Source: Eledone cirrhosa
Taxonomy: Eukaryota
Assembly (NCBI GenBank): GCA_964016885.1
Contig: OZ024758.1
Span: 8,928,001 to 8,992,000, forward strand
DNA: 64,000 bases
Direction: 5' to 3'
A model generated the notes under the pieces. The model was given only the letters and a program-made list of their open reading frames with translations. It ran no database searches and was not told where the DNA came from. Position numbers and translations under genes: made by a program. The stretch's first letter is position 1. Every line of letters begins with the position of its first letter. Of the stretch, positions 1 through 12,200 are shown piece after piece.

Positions 1-153
1 ATTTCACTGGTGTTCTTGAGAGCAGCTATCCCTGTTCACCTGCCCACAATCCCACACCACTTTCTTCCACATCTTTCAATGAATTTACTGGTGCGGAACA
101 CCTCTATGAAAGTGTTAAGTGCCAAAAATCATTAATGTCAGGTGAAAACTTAC

Positions 154-259
154 TTATTATGTGAAAGATCAGGATTCATACTACACACCCATTCATCGGG
201 GAACTCACGACCAACATTGTTAGCTGAATATGGGAGGGTCCGCCACTTCAAGCAAGCAT
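154..259 (-). CDS. MORC2: MORC2 exon 17 ([37 protein letters not shown] zinc finger)
   Basis: 106 nt, tttttcttag|...|gtaagt; CW-type Cys/Trp pattern. Confidence 0.96.
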
Positions 260-3200
260 CTAAGAAAAATAAAGAAAAACTATAAGTGTGGAAAGAATAT
301 TTTTAAAATCTTTCAAAAATAGGTGCTATAAATGCATATCATTGTTTTTACGTTAACTTTTCCATGCTGCATGGGTTAGACAGAACTTTTGGGGGCAATG
401 TTCAGTGCCTTTCTTGACAATAACCCTTAGTCACTTCTTACAACACACAGGGATACAGTGTACTTATACTAAACCAGATACATACAGTTATGTGTAACAG
501 TTATGTACCTAATCTAAACAGAATACACATGTATATGTGTGTATAAAATAAATATAACATAGATATGTACAAGGTTAGGATTCCAAAGATGTTTGTAACT
601 ATAGTGTAACATACTAGATGTGCACATATAAAGGGGGTATACACACATAATTATGGTTGTTGTTGCAACATATTAAATGTGTATGGATGTGTATCTATAA
701 GAAAAAGCTACATACCACATTGAAGGGTAAAACTAACTTGCATCGCTCGTCTTCTGGCATATTTGGCGTCTGAAGATGGTGGATCTTTCCATTTCGAGCT
801 AATGTAACCAAAATTTGACCTGGGAAAAATCAGTAAAAAAAACAGCGATAAGTATTTTAAAAAATCATTTCTACATTTATTGATTTCTAAAATATAATAT
901 CGGATAATATCGATAATAATACTATTTAAATATTTTCTGGGGGAAGAGGGCTTTCATGGAAGGTATATAGTCTTAATAATTTATAACATAAAAACCTAAA
1001 TATTCAACATCATCATCATTGTTTTAACGGCTGTTTCTCTGGTCCAAACTTTGATAGCAGGGAAACCAGATGTTATAATGATGATGACATCTAAATATTC
1101 AACATCATCATCATTGTTTTTATGCCTGCTTTTCTATGCAGGCATGAGTTGGATGGGACCTTTTGAGGCAGAATTTTATAAACCAGATGCTAACCTTTAC
1201 TTATTTTTAATTGTAGCACTTATTCCTTTGATCTGGGCAAACTCTATGAAGAAGTCAAGCAGACTTTGGTATACACTACATACCTTGTCTTTTTATTTAT
1301 ACATGCTTATATGTGTAATAAAAGTATATATATATTACGTATCTGCTTGCTTCTGCCATGCAACATCATACTATCTAAAGGTGAACAGTTAATAATCCAT
1401 TATTTTTATATGGTTTACTTGAAGTATTGATTACATAAGTGATCAGTTGTTTTAATATCATCCACCTTTAATTATCTTCTGCTTTAAATATCAATTTACC
1501 ATGATCAAATAAAAATATAAAATGAGTATATTTACCAAAAACTTGTAATTCCTGTTTGATCTGTAAAATAAAATATGGTGGTTAATCTCAGGATAAGATG
1601 GTATTAAAATCATCAAATTTTTGCCTTTATATTCTTGTGAAATCAATGTTGTTTGATAGCATACACATACAAGTACACCAACACACATACAAGTACACCA
1701 ACACACATACAGGTACACCAACACACATACAGGTACACCAACACACATACAGGTACACCAACACACATACAGGTACACCAACACACATACAGGTACACCA
1801 ACACACATACAGGTACACCAACACACTATTCATGAGTCATTTAATATCTTATAAAGAGGTAAACAAAAAGATTCTATGACTTTCATGAATTTCTCAGAAC
1901 AGTTTTTTTGTCATCAACTCTAATGTATTTTATGTAATCTACAACTGTATTTCTCTCTCTCTCTCTCTCTGTATATATATATATATATATGTATGTATAG
2001 CTCTATATATCTGGACAACCCCCTTTTGACCTTGAAATTCAAAGAACTACATATTTTCATTATGTCTCTGGGTTAAACATTTTATTCTACATTTTATCCT
2101 ACATACTTCACCTAAATATTTGTCAGGTTCTATGCTCTTTCTCTCTCTTCCTCTCGCTATCTGATTCCCTCTTTCCATTCTGAAACTGACTGAACCAAAA
2201 CTCAGATGTGGTGGTGTGAGATTGTGCATTACTTCCATGAGTTGGTTGCAATTATGGCTGGTGTGAATGTTGACTTATTTAAAGGTGATAGAAAGTGCGG
2301 ATGTTTTCCTGTCACACATCAAGATGTTGAATTCAACTTAAATTGCCGAGACACTCTATTCATGGAGGATATTTGAAACACGCATTTACCATCTTTGCTG
2401 TGTTCATTCTAATCCAGTAATTACATCATTTCTTACAATAATTCTGTGATAGTAGTCAAGGAAATCTTTCACAAACAGTTTCCATGACAACCCCTTTCCA
2501 AATAAAAAGAGAGAGATTTGAAGGGAAGTTCAAATGATAAATATTTCTACTTACGTATATTCAAATCATTCCAATACTGCTCCATATGTTCTCCCATAGC
2601 TTTCATTAAATAACGAAATTCTTTGGCATCTGCAAAATCTTGCTTGTTATGAGTTGGCTCCAACACCAAATAGGGAACATCAACAACACCTGTAGCAGAA
2701 GTAAGGAATTTTATTAACAACAGATGTAACCTTTACACAGCAGCAGTACTTGATAAGATGGTGGTCAAACATTCCGTCATTGGAGGTTTATCTGTCATTG
2801 AAGGTTTAGTCAACATTCCGTCATTGGGGGTTTAGTCAACATTCCATCATTTGAGGTTTAGTCAACATTCCGTCATTGGAGATTTAGTCAACAAAACATT
2901 TTTCATCACCAGATTGGTTTATTATCTTCGATGTTTTGTTTGTTTGTTTGTTTTTTTTGTCTTTGTTTTGTTTTTTTGCCCTAGAGGAATATATTTTTCT
3001 GTTAAAATAATCAAGGTTTTATATTCTGATATAAACACTTTAAAATAGACTATTTTATCACAGAATCAGAGGGAGTTTCAAGTATGCTGATATTGAAATG
3101 GTTAACTGTTTCAGTGTTCCAACCATACTATTTTGTCTCCATTGTAGAACATACTGTTCTTAGAACTTAAAACAATATCCAGTATGGATGATATGAGGAC

Positions 3201-6200
3201 ATACGCAAGTTTGCTGTGAATATTAATGAAGCTAAGTATATTTAAATACCTGAAATTGATTATTTTATATTATGTTATATGTTATGTAGTGTAACCTATA
3301 ATTAAAAACATATGGGCTGTGTCATTTACAAGAAGGGGGTTTGGGTAATCATTAAACAGGGCAAAGAAACTACATCAGAGCTCTCTGACTGAGCCAGAGT
3401 CTGAAATAAGATGATACAACAGAATGGTTAAAGAAGTGTCTCTATATTCTTCCTCAGGCAAACATTTCAATCATCTGATTTACTACACCTGTCACTTAAC
3501 AGTGCAGCACATAGTATATATATCATCATTGGCATAATTAATACCATTAATATAAAGGTGGTACAATTGCAGAATCATTAGAGTATAGGATCTTTGGAGC
3601 ATCTAGTTATGACCCGTTATGTTCTGAGTTCAAATCCTGTCAAGGTGAACTTTGCCTTTCATCCTTCTGAGGCCAATAAAATAAGTACCAGTTAAAGTAC
3701 TAGGATAAATATAATTGACTTTTTCCCTGCTGCCTAAATTGCTGGCCTTGTGCTTAAATTTTTAAACCATTACTATCTTTCAAATCAAACTCTACTGTCC
3801 TTAAAAGGGAAAACATTGGAGATTTAAGTTCTGGATATACAAAGATAGGTATGGTCACAACTGGAACATCTTTGATCATAGATCTGCTCAGTCAAGGATG
3901 GTCTGAGGTTAAACAACATCATATACTATACCACAAAATTAAATCATTTTGGGTATGATTTTATTTATCACACAGCTATCATCATTATCATCATTATTAT
4001 CGTTTTACGTCCATTTTTCCTCACTAGCATGGATTAGATGAGACAAGCCAGATCAGATAACTGTGTCTTGCTCATAAAGAACTAATCCTGACTTGGTTTC
4101 TATGGCTGGATGCCCTTCCTAACACCAACTACATTTATATGCAAAGTAATATCAACTTACCTACAATTCCACTGCAACAGCTGAAATGAAGAAAAAAAAA
4201 TGCAAATATTTTTCCTTTCTCTTTTTATCATTGAAAAAAATATCCGTTTCTTGACGGTAGACCAGATATAGATCTGGATGTGTGACTATATTTAACTTAC
4301 ACATTTTGAAACTATACTAAACAATCTAAAACTATATTAAGTTAGCTACTAGTTATTTCAAGATTACTAAAAGCCACAAATACACAGAAGCCAGCTATGT
4401 AGTTTGTCAATTCATTTACACTGGATCACCAATACATATCTGGAAACTATTCCACATGTTCCAGAGATACTTACCCATGTGAAAGTTATACTACATGTTC
4501 AATAAATAATTGCATGCCTGGAAATTATACTACTTTCACATAAAATCATACATCTGGAGGGTGTCCTACACATACTACAGATATTACATAGTCTACATAA
4601 AATCATACATCTGGAGAGTGTCCTACACATACCACAGATATTATATGCTCTAAATTTATTTTACATGTTCCTCAGGTAATTACATATTTGAACGACATTC
4701 ATATTTATAAAGTAATTAATCTAAAAGATATACAACATATTCATAAGGTAATTCATCTGAAAGTGGTTCTCAGAGTCCCAGGTCAAGTTTTTCCCTTTAC
4801 AATCCATGGTTTCTTCATTGCCTCCCCCATTTTGAATTGTCATCTTGTAATTTTTTTTCACTATTTTATTTTTACAGTGTTAAGTATTAAAATAATTTAT
4901 TAAAGAAAATTATTTTATTAATATTAATTTGTGATCATCTTTATAGTTGGGTATATTGCTATATAGTATGGTATGGAGCCGTACAGCGGATTTCTTCCAG
5001 AAAAGAGTAGAAAGTGAGAGAAAGGAAGTGAGAAAGAGATACAGAGGAGGGATCAACGTCAGTACTAGACTGGTACTTTTTTTATCAAACTTGGATGGAT
5101 GAAAGGCAAAGTTGACCTCGGTGGGATTTGAACTGAGAAAGTGGAGAGCTAGAACAAATACTGCAAAGCATTCTATCCGATGTTCTGTCTGCCAATTTGC
5201 CATATATCATTTGATATATACACACTGTACACATTCCCAGTTTAGATTCCATCTCTCACAAACATTCCTCTCTAAAATTCCTCACCTGGGAACCAAATGA
5301 CTCTCTTTTGAGAATCCCTAATACTATGTGTTCATAAGATAATTTAAAATTCATGGGTGTACTATCATCATCATTTAAAGTCTATCTTCCATGCTAGCAT
5401 GGGTTAGACGGGAATTGTCCTACTTGAGGCAAGATTGATCGGGTGACCGTGTCTCGCTTATATAGGACTGTATCTGGCAGGTTTTCTATAACTGTATGCC
5501 CTTCCTAACACCAACCACATTTACACCAAAACATCATCAAAATCAATAAAATAGATTTTTTAAAATAGATTCCTACTTACACTCCACCTTCCAATTGTGG
5601 CCCAACCTTTTCATACATTCGAATCAATCGGCTACAATTATATACAAAAATTCCATCCTGGTTGCGATTGTCAATATTTACACCATATATAAAACTGAGA
5701 CTCTTAGGTTCCTTGAGAGCTCTGAAAATAAAAGTTGGAAAATATAATTACATCAGAATTTTACTTTTTTTTCTCTATTCCACTGTATAGGTGAAATGGT
5801 TACATTAGCATATATTGGACAACTTCAAAACACTACATATTTTCATTAGGTCTCTGGGCAAAACACTTTATTCTACATACTTCAGTTCACCTAGATAATA
5901 TTTTGTCAGGTTCTAATCTTTTTATATATCTATCTGTCTATCTATCTCTTTCTCTCACAGACAAAGATAATAATCAAACTTACTTCATTTTCCGATCAGC
6001 GACAATTTTGCGTATCTGAGATTCTTTACGACATTCCAATGCAAATGTCTGTGCTTTCCGCAAGTCTGCCTGAAATCCAGAATGTAATATATATTACATG
6101 AACAATAAAGCTACACAGACCATTATAAATGACATTATTTCAACTACACTAGTTTTGATGATAGCACAGTGAGAGTATTTTGTATGAAGAATTACTATAT

Positions 6201-9200
6201 TTTATAACAATAGGCTAATAGACCATGAGCATTTCCACTGCAGTGTACTACAATATAACCTATGTTAGCATGTGTACATAACAGCAGTTAAACACTTAAC
6301 ATGTTTACCACCTCTTTATTAAATAATAATAATAATAATGAAATATTGTGTACAATGCTTAGGTGCTCTATACAAACAAAAAGCAGTGACTTGGCAGAGT
6401 CATTAGAACGTTGGATAGAATGATTTGCAGTATTTGTTTCAGCTCTCAATTCAGAGTTCAAATCCCACTGAGATTAACTTTGCCTTTCCTCCATTCCAGG
6501 TCGATAAAAAAGTACCAGTCTAATACTGGGACTGATTCTTCCTCTATATTTCTTCCTTACTTCCATTCTCTCACTCTCGATACTTCTCTCGAAGAAATCT
6601 GCTGTATTCAGACCTTAAGAAGGATGAGCTCCACCAGGTATAAAAAGGCCCTAAAAACACCATATGTCAATATAGCATCCCTACAACTCCCTCAGTTGTT
6701 ATGGGACTAGAAAGAATAGAAAATGTCTATTCTCTAAGTATCTTATCCATCTAAACTTCTTAATCTAACACAATATAAACTAATACTACTTACTCGCAGA
6801 TCTTTATTAAAAGAGGCTCCACATTTTTTCTCCAAGTTTCTATAAAGAGAAGAAAAGACAACATTGAAATTTTGAACATTGACCATCCAAGACTGATTGA
6901 TAAAATAAAAGAAATAAACAAATTTCGATAAATTTCTTACTTTGCTTTACTCTCAGCTTCTCGCGATTTCTCAGCAGCAATTTTAGCATCTTCATCAGCA
7001 CGGTTGGCATCTTGCTCGGAACGCGTTCGGAATCTGTTGGACGAATATCTGTACATGCGTTGTTTATATAGACAGCAAGCTAAACGTTTGGTTCGGACTT
7101 TCTTATTTTGGATATATATCTTCATTCTTGGGTCCATATACAGGACAGCTGTGTAAGCACGGAATGACTTCCTCTCAGGCATTAAACTAGAGAAAAATAA
7201 TAGAATTTCATGTGAAGAATTTGATTTTGTTTCAGAAATCAATATTGATATTAATTTCTTACAACTAAAATAATTGAAAATGACAGTTTCTTAAGTATTA
7301 CAAAAATCTTTCAAATTCTATAAATCTATTGTTCTATAGAAAATGCTAATGTCAACGCTTGTAAAGAATTCTAACATGACACAGCTTTTTAAAGATGTTT
7401 TGCTATAAGAGTCAGCTGAAAAGATCATAGGCTGACTAAGATACTCTCTTTGAAATGACCAAATGAGGTTTATTTATCATCATAGTCCCTGGAAAGAAAT
7501 AATGCAGTTAGTAATAAGAGTTGAAATTAATGCATTACTCTTCATAATCAGCCTATGAACTTTTCAGCATACATTCGTATATAGCCCAGAAAAAAGTTAA
7601 TGCGTATTGAAAGACAGTAAGGCAAATATAGCAAACAACCAGCTTGAAGAATAGAAGAGAGGCTGGAAATAACACTAAAAGATCTTCTTTAGTTCCTTTT
7701 GCTTCCTATGGAGCATTAGGCAACAACATCTCCATTCTGCATGGTTGCAAACGTTGTCATGGGCCTGCTCCCATGAATATATATGGATTTCGTATAAAAC
7801 AACAGAAGAGAAACTGCTACAAAGATATGTAATATATGCAGTATCACATGGTAAGACCATTTAATAATAAAATATAACTTCTGAACATGAACAAAAACAC
7901 TAAAGAATTCACTAGCCATAAGCATAATTTAGAAGAGAAATTTGTCAGGAGTTACCTACCCTTCATCAGAGTCAAATTCTCCTGATAATGGATTGTTGAG
8001 AATGATATCTGTTGTATCTGAGACAATATCCAGTTCAGGTTCACCGCTATCCAGTAATTTTAAATTGTAAATTATCACAAGGGTTCCAGTGGAAGAATTA
8101 ATTTTGTCAAATTGTGCATAGAAATCTTCAAGATTTTTAAATGGCGAATATTTCAAGATTAAGCTCATTTCTAAGTCATGCTGTAAAGAAATAAAAAAGA
8201 ATCTCAATGAAAGGTATGTTGTACTAGAGACAATATCTTCCATACTTCATTTCTATATTTGAGATTTAGATATTATTTAAGAGATTTTAAATCATAATAC
8301 ACCACGTATGAAGTAAAAACTTATTTAGCGCCTCCAAATTGTCCATCATCATCATCATTGTTAACACAAGAACAGCTTTCATTATGCTAAAGAATGTCTA
8401 AACTTCGCATCTTCAACTCGAACATGAAGGCAGTACTGCCGTGCGGATGTGAAACTTGGAGGACAACAAAGAAGATACAGACATTCTTCAACAGGTACAT
8501 CTACAACATCAAATGGTTGGAGAAGATCAGAAACGGAGATCTGTAGGTGTGAGCAGGACAGGAACCAGTGACAAAGCAGATTTTGCAGAGGAAGTGAAGT
8601 TGGATTGGACATATCCTCAGGAAACCAGCATCCAACACTACATGTTAAGCCCTGACCTGGAACTTGCAGGGCTAAAGGAAGAGAGTCTGGCCTCGCAGTA
8701 GCTGGAGGCATCACACTGAGGTTGAATTAAGAAGCTAATTGGAAGCCAACTGGAGTGGAGTGGTGAGAGCAGCCCACAATCGTGTGTGATGGTGGAGGGT
8801 TCTCAATGGCCTATGCTCCACAGAGTGATGGGGCTGAATGAATATTGGTCATTAATATACTGATCTGTTGTCCAGAGAAAATATTTAAAGCTGCAAACAT
8901 TTAGCAATTTTTAATCTTTAAGTAATTAAAGACTGGTAATTGTTTCTGATTTCTAAAGACAAAACCATGAATATTTTTGCTGGCACTAGCAGAAATTCCA
9001 TACTCTATCATAGAATATCTTACAAGTGTAGGTAGACATGATTTAGAAACGCACAAGGAATTATTAAAATTTAATAGGGAAAACAAATAATCTACTTGCT
9101 TTTTCCAATGCTCGAACATTCTTAGCAAGAGGTCCTCTGGATGCAGTATCAAAGGAAGGAATTGGCACTACAACCTATAAAATATGAAGAAAATAATATT

Positions 9201-12200
9201 AGATAAAAAGGAATTATAAGATGAATGCTCTCTTTATAAGAATTATTTTCATAAAACTACCAACATAAATGAGGACAAGAATTTATGTTTGACATGATTA
9301 AATTGAAAAATAACACATGGTAGGTATATGGTATATTTTTTTTAATTTGACAAGAATTTATGTTTGACATGATTAAATTGAAAAATAACACATGGTAGGT
9401 ATATGGTATATTTTTTTTAATTTGACAAGAATTTATGTTTGACATGATTAAATTGAAAAATAACACATGGTCGGTATATGGTATATTTTTTTTTAATTTG
9501 AAAAGTTTTAAACAAAGGAAAAAACTGCACTTGAAATTTCATTTGCAGTTAAATAATTACTTTGTTTTGTTTTATGTTATTATTTAATATTTCAAAAGTT
9601 CACCAAAAAGTACAGGTTTTAGTTAAAAGAATAAAAACAATCAATCTATAACTCATCAATGCCAATGTTATGAGAAATAAATAAGAATTATTGATAAAAA
9701 GTTGAAAACTCATCCCTAAGTTTAAAATAACAAATATTCACTATATTCACAGTAAGCTTCAATCCAAAATAAATTGTCAATGATTTTCATTTCTAAATTT
9801 CTTGTTATGACAAATTAACCTTAATTATAATAATTTCTCATTTAGGCACAAGGCCAGCAATTTGTGAGGAGCGGAGGTAAATAAATTACATCGAAAAACT
9901 TCATTTTTCTGTTGGTTACTGAGAGATCTTTGAACATGTCCCATGCAGATTTTATGCTGTACTAAACAATAAACAGTTTTTCACAAATATCTTTATACTG
10001 ACCTCATCTATACCTTCTTCTTCGTGGAATGTTCGGGAAAGAAACAGGCACGACATAGTAGTTCCTTTTTTTGTGAAAATAATCATGTCATTCCCAATAC
10101 GCATAGAGCCCCTGAAAAACAATAAACACATAAAATACTATATATTTCTAGTTCATTAGGTTTCTTTGTAATACATTCTAGCACACACCAATCCAATCCA
10201 GAGCCTTCACACTTCTGTAGGAGGAACCCCTCTCTGATTGACCTCCACCATTTTCTGTTTGGTTTCAGTCATGTCAGGGGTGTAGCTGTACTCATCACAC
10301 TTGGCCAATTGCAGGTTGGTGAGGCTATTTAACCCATAGTGTAGGTGGAGAGCCGTCAACTCTGAGGAGTTCATCTGTTCTTTTAACAGCTCTTGTTTTT
10401 TGTGCTGCTAGGATTCTACTTCCCCTCTCCCCACCACAGAGTTCTGGGACAATGAATGCCACTTATACTAAAACTTCAACAGTTATCTGTTTCTCTAAAT
10501 TCCATCACTGAATACCACCTCAGCCTAAATGCACTTCTTTTATTTGCCTCTCCACCAATTTAGATCCAACACAAAACATTTTTTCTTAATATTTTTCACT
10601 GAGAAGTGCATTGTTCTGGAACTCACCAGTCATCAAATTTCAATCAATCATTCATAATGAAAAAGTTCAATCTGATCAATAACTATATTAGTCTAAATTA
10701 GTTGTTACTGTCCTTAATTATAAAAATTGATTTAAGATTTCTATTATTAATAAAGGTATAAATGCACTGGTCTGAATGCGCTTCTGTGAATGGATTCATA
10801 TTTACATCCAGCATTTTTCTAGTGTGTGGAGGCATGTGGCCTAGTGGTAAAGATGTTCGACTTACAATTATAATGTTGTGAGTTCGATTTCTGGACTGGG
10901 TTGTGTGTTGTGTTCTTGAGGAAAACACTTCATTCAAGTTGCTTCAGTATACTCAGGTGAAAACGAGTACCAGCAATAGCTGGGAGTTTAACCGTGATGA
11001 ACTGGCATCCTGTCCAGGGGAAAAGTCTTGTACTCTCAGTCGCTTCACAGCAAGGAAACAGGGATCAGCGCCAACCTGATCAGCCTCCAGGCTTGAGACA
11101 GACTTTAGACTTTAGATTTTTCTAATGTCTAAACATAAATGTTCCATGTTTCTAACCTATTTCTATCTGTAACTCACAGAAATGCAATCTATGGCAGTTT
11201 GATTCCATTGGCATGACCAAACACAGCATTAGTAACAAAACACACACCACATTGCTCTATATACACAAAGGCTAATGTTATTTATTTCAGCTGTCTATTT
11301 AACTTATTTGCCACATACATTCTTTAAAACCACAGAAAAATTTAAAAAAACATTAAAATACTGCAAATACATACGATTTCAAGCCATTGCCATACATTCC
11401 AATCTGTTGGGAATCTGCTGACTTCTTGGAAGATTTACCAAATGTTATTATGTCAGCTGTTTCATCTGTGGCAAATAATTAATCATTAGTATTTATCAAT
11501 CAAAAATATAAAAAGATTACAATATTTCATTTTGGAAAGGACAATTTACTGTATGAAACAAATTGCAAGCGTGGAAGATGGACGTTAAATGATGATGATG
11601 ATGATAGATATGTATTAGATGAACAGGAATGGACATCCTCATCATTAGTGTTTTACATCTATTTTCCATGTTTTCATGGGTTAAACAGGTTCTGGGCCTA
11701 GACAGGCAAGTCAGATGACTCTCTTACTCATCCATTCTACATTGGCATGGTTTCTACTCCCCGGTGCTCTTCCTAATGCCACCCACATCACAGCATGTAC
11801 AGGGAGCATTTTATTGTGGCACCACCTTATGGGGTAGAATGGCTGTTTTTTATCGTGACAGTATGGCACAAAAAATTTACTGAGTGGGCTAAATGTATTT
11901 TATTGTGGCACCATCATTCAAGTAATATGTGCAATAAATACCATCACATAATCATAGTGTATATATTATAACAGTATATACCATCACATTACAGTATATA
12001 CAATGTAGTACTATATATACCATCAAATTACAATCTATATAATGTAGTAGTATATACCATCACATTACAGTGTATATAATGTAGCTATATATACCATTAT
12101 ATTACAGCATATACCATCACATTATAGTGGGTATATACAGTAGCTATATATAACAGTATATTACAGTGTATATAATGTAGCTATATATATACCATATATA

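Noticed and set aside
1051-1392. 113-aa hydrophobic ORF
   Set aside because: Antisense within a MORC2 intron, starts at TTG and overlaps SINE tail fragments
2042-2135. About 100-bp duplication shared with 5828-5915
   Set aside because: Real but non-coding, with no splice signals or structure; likely an old repeat fragment
10826-10900. tRNA-like sequence (also heads of other SINEs)
   Set aside because: A/B boxes are present but there is no complete cloverleaf, and it continues into SINE body
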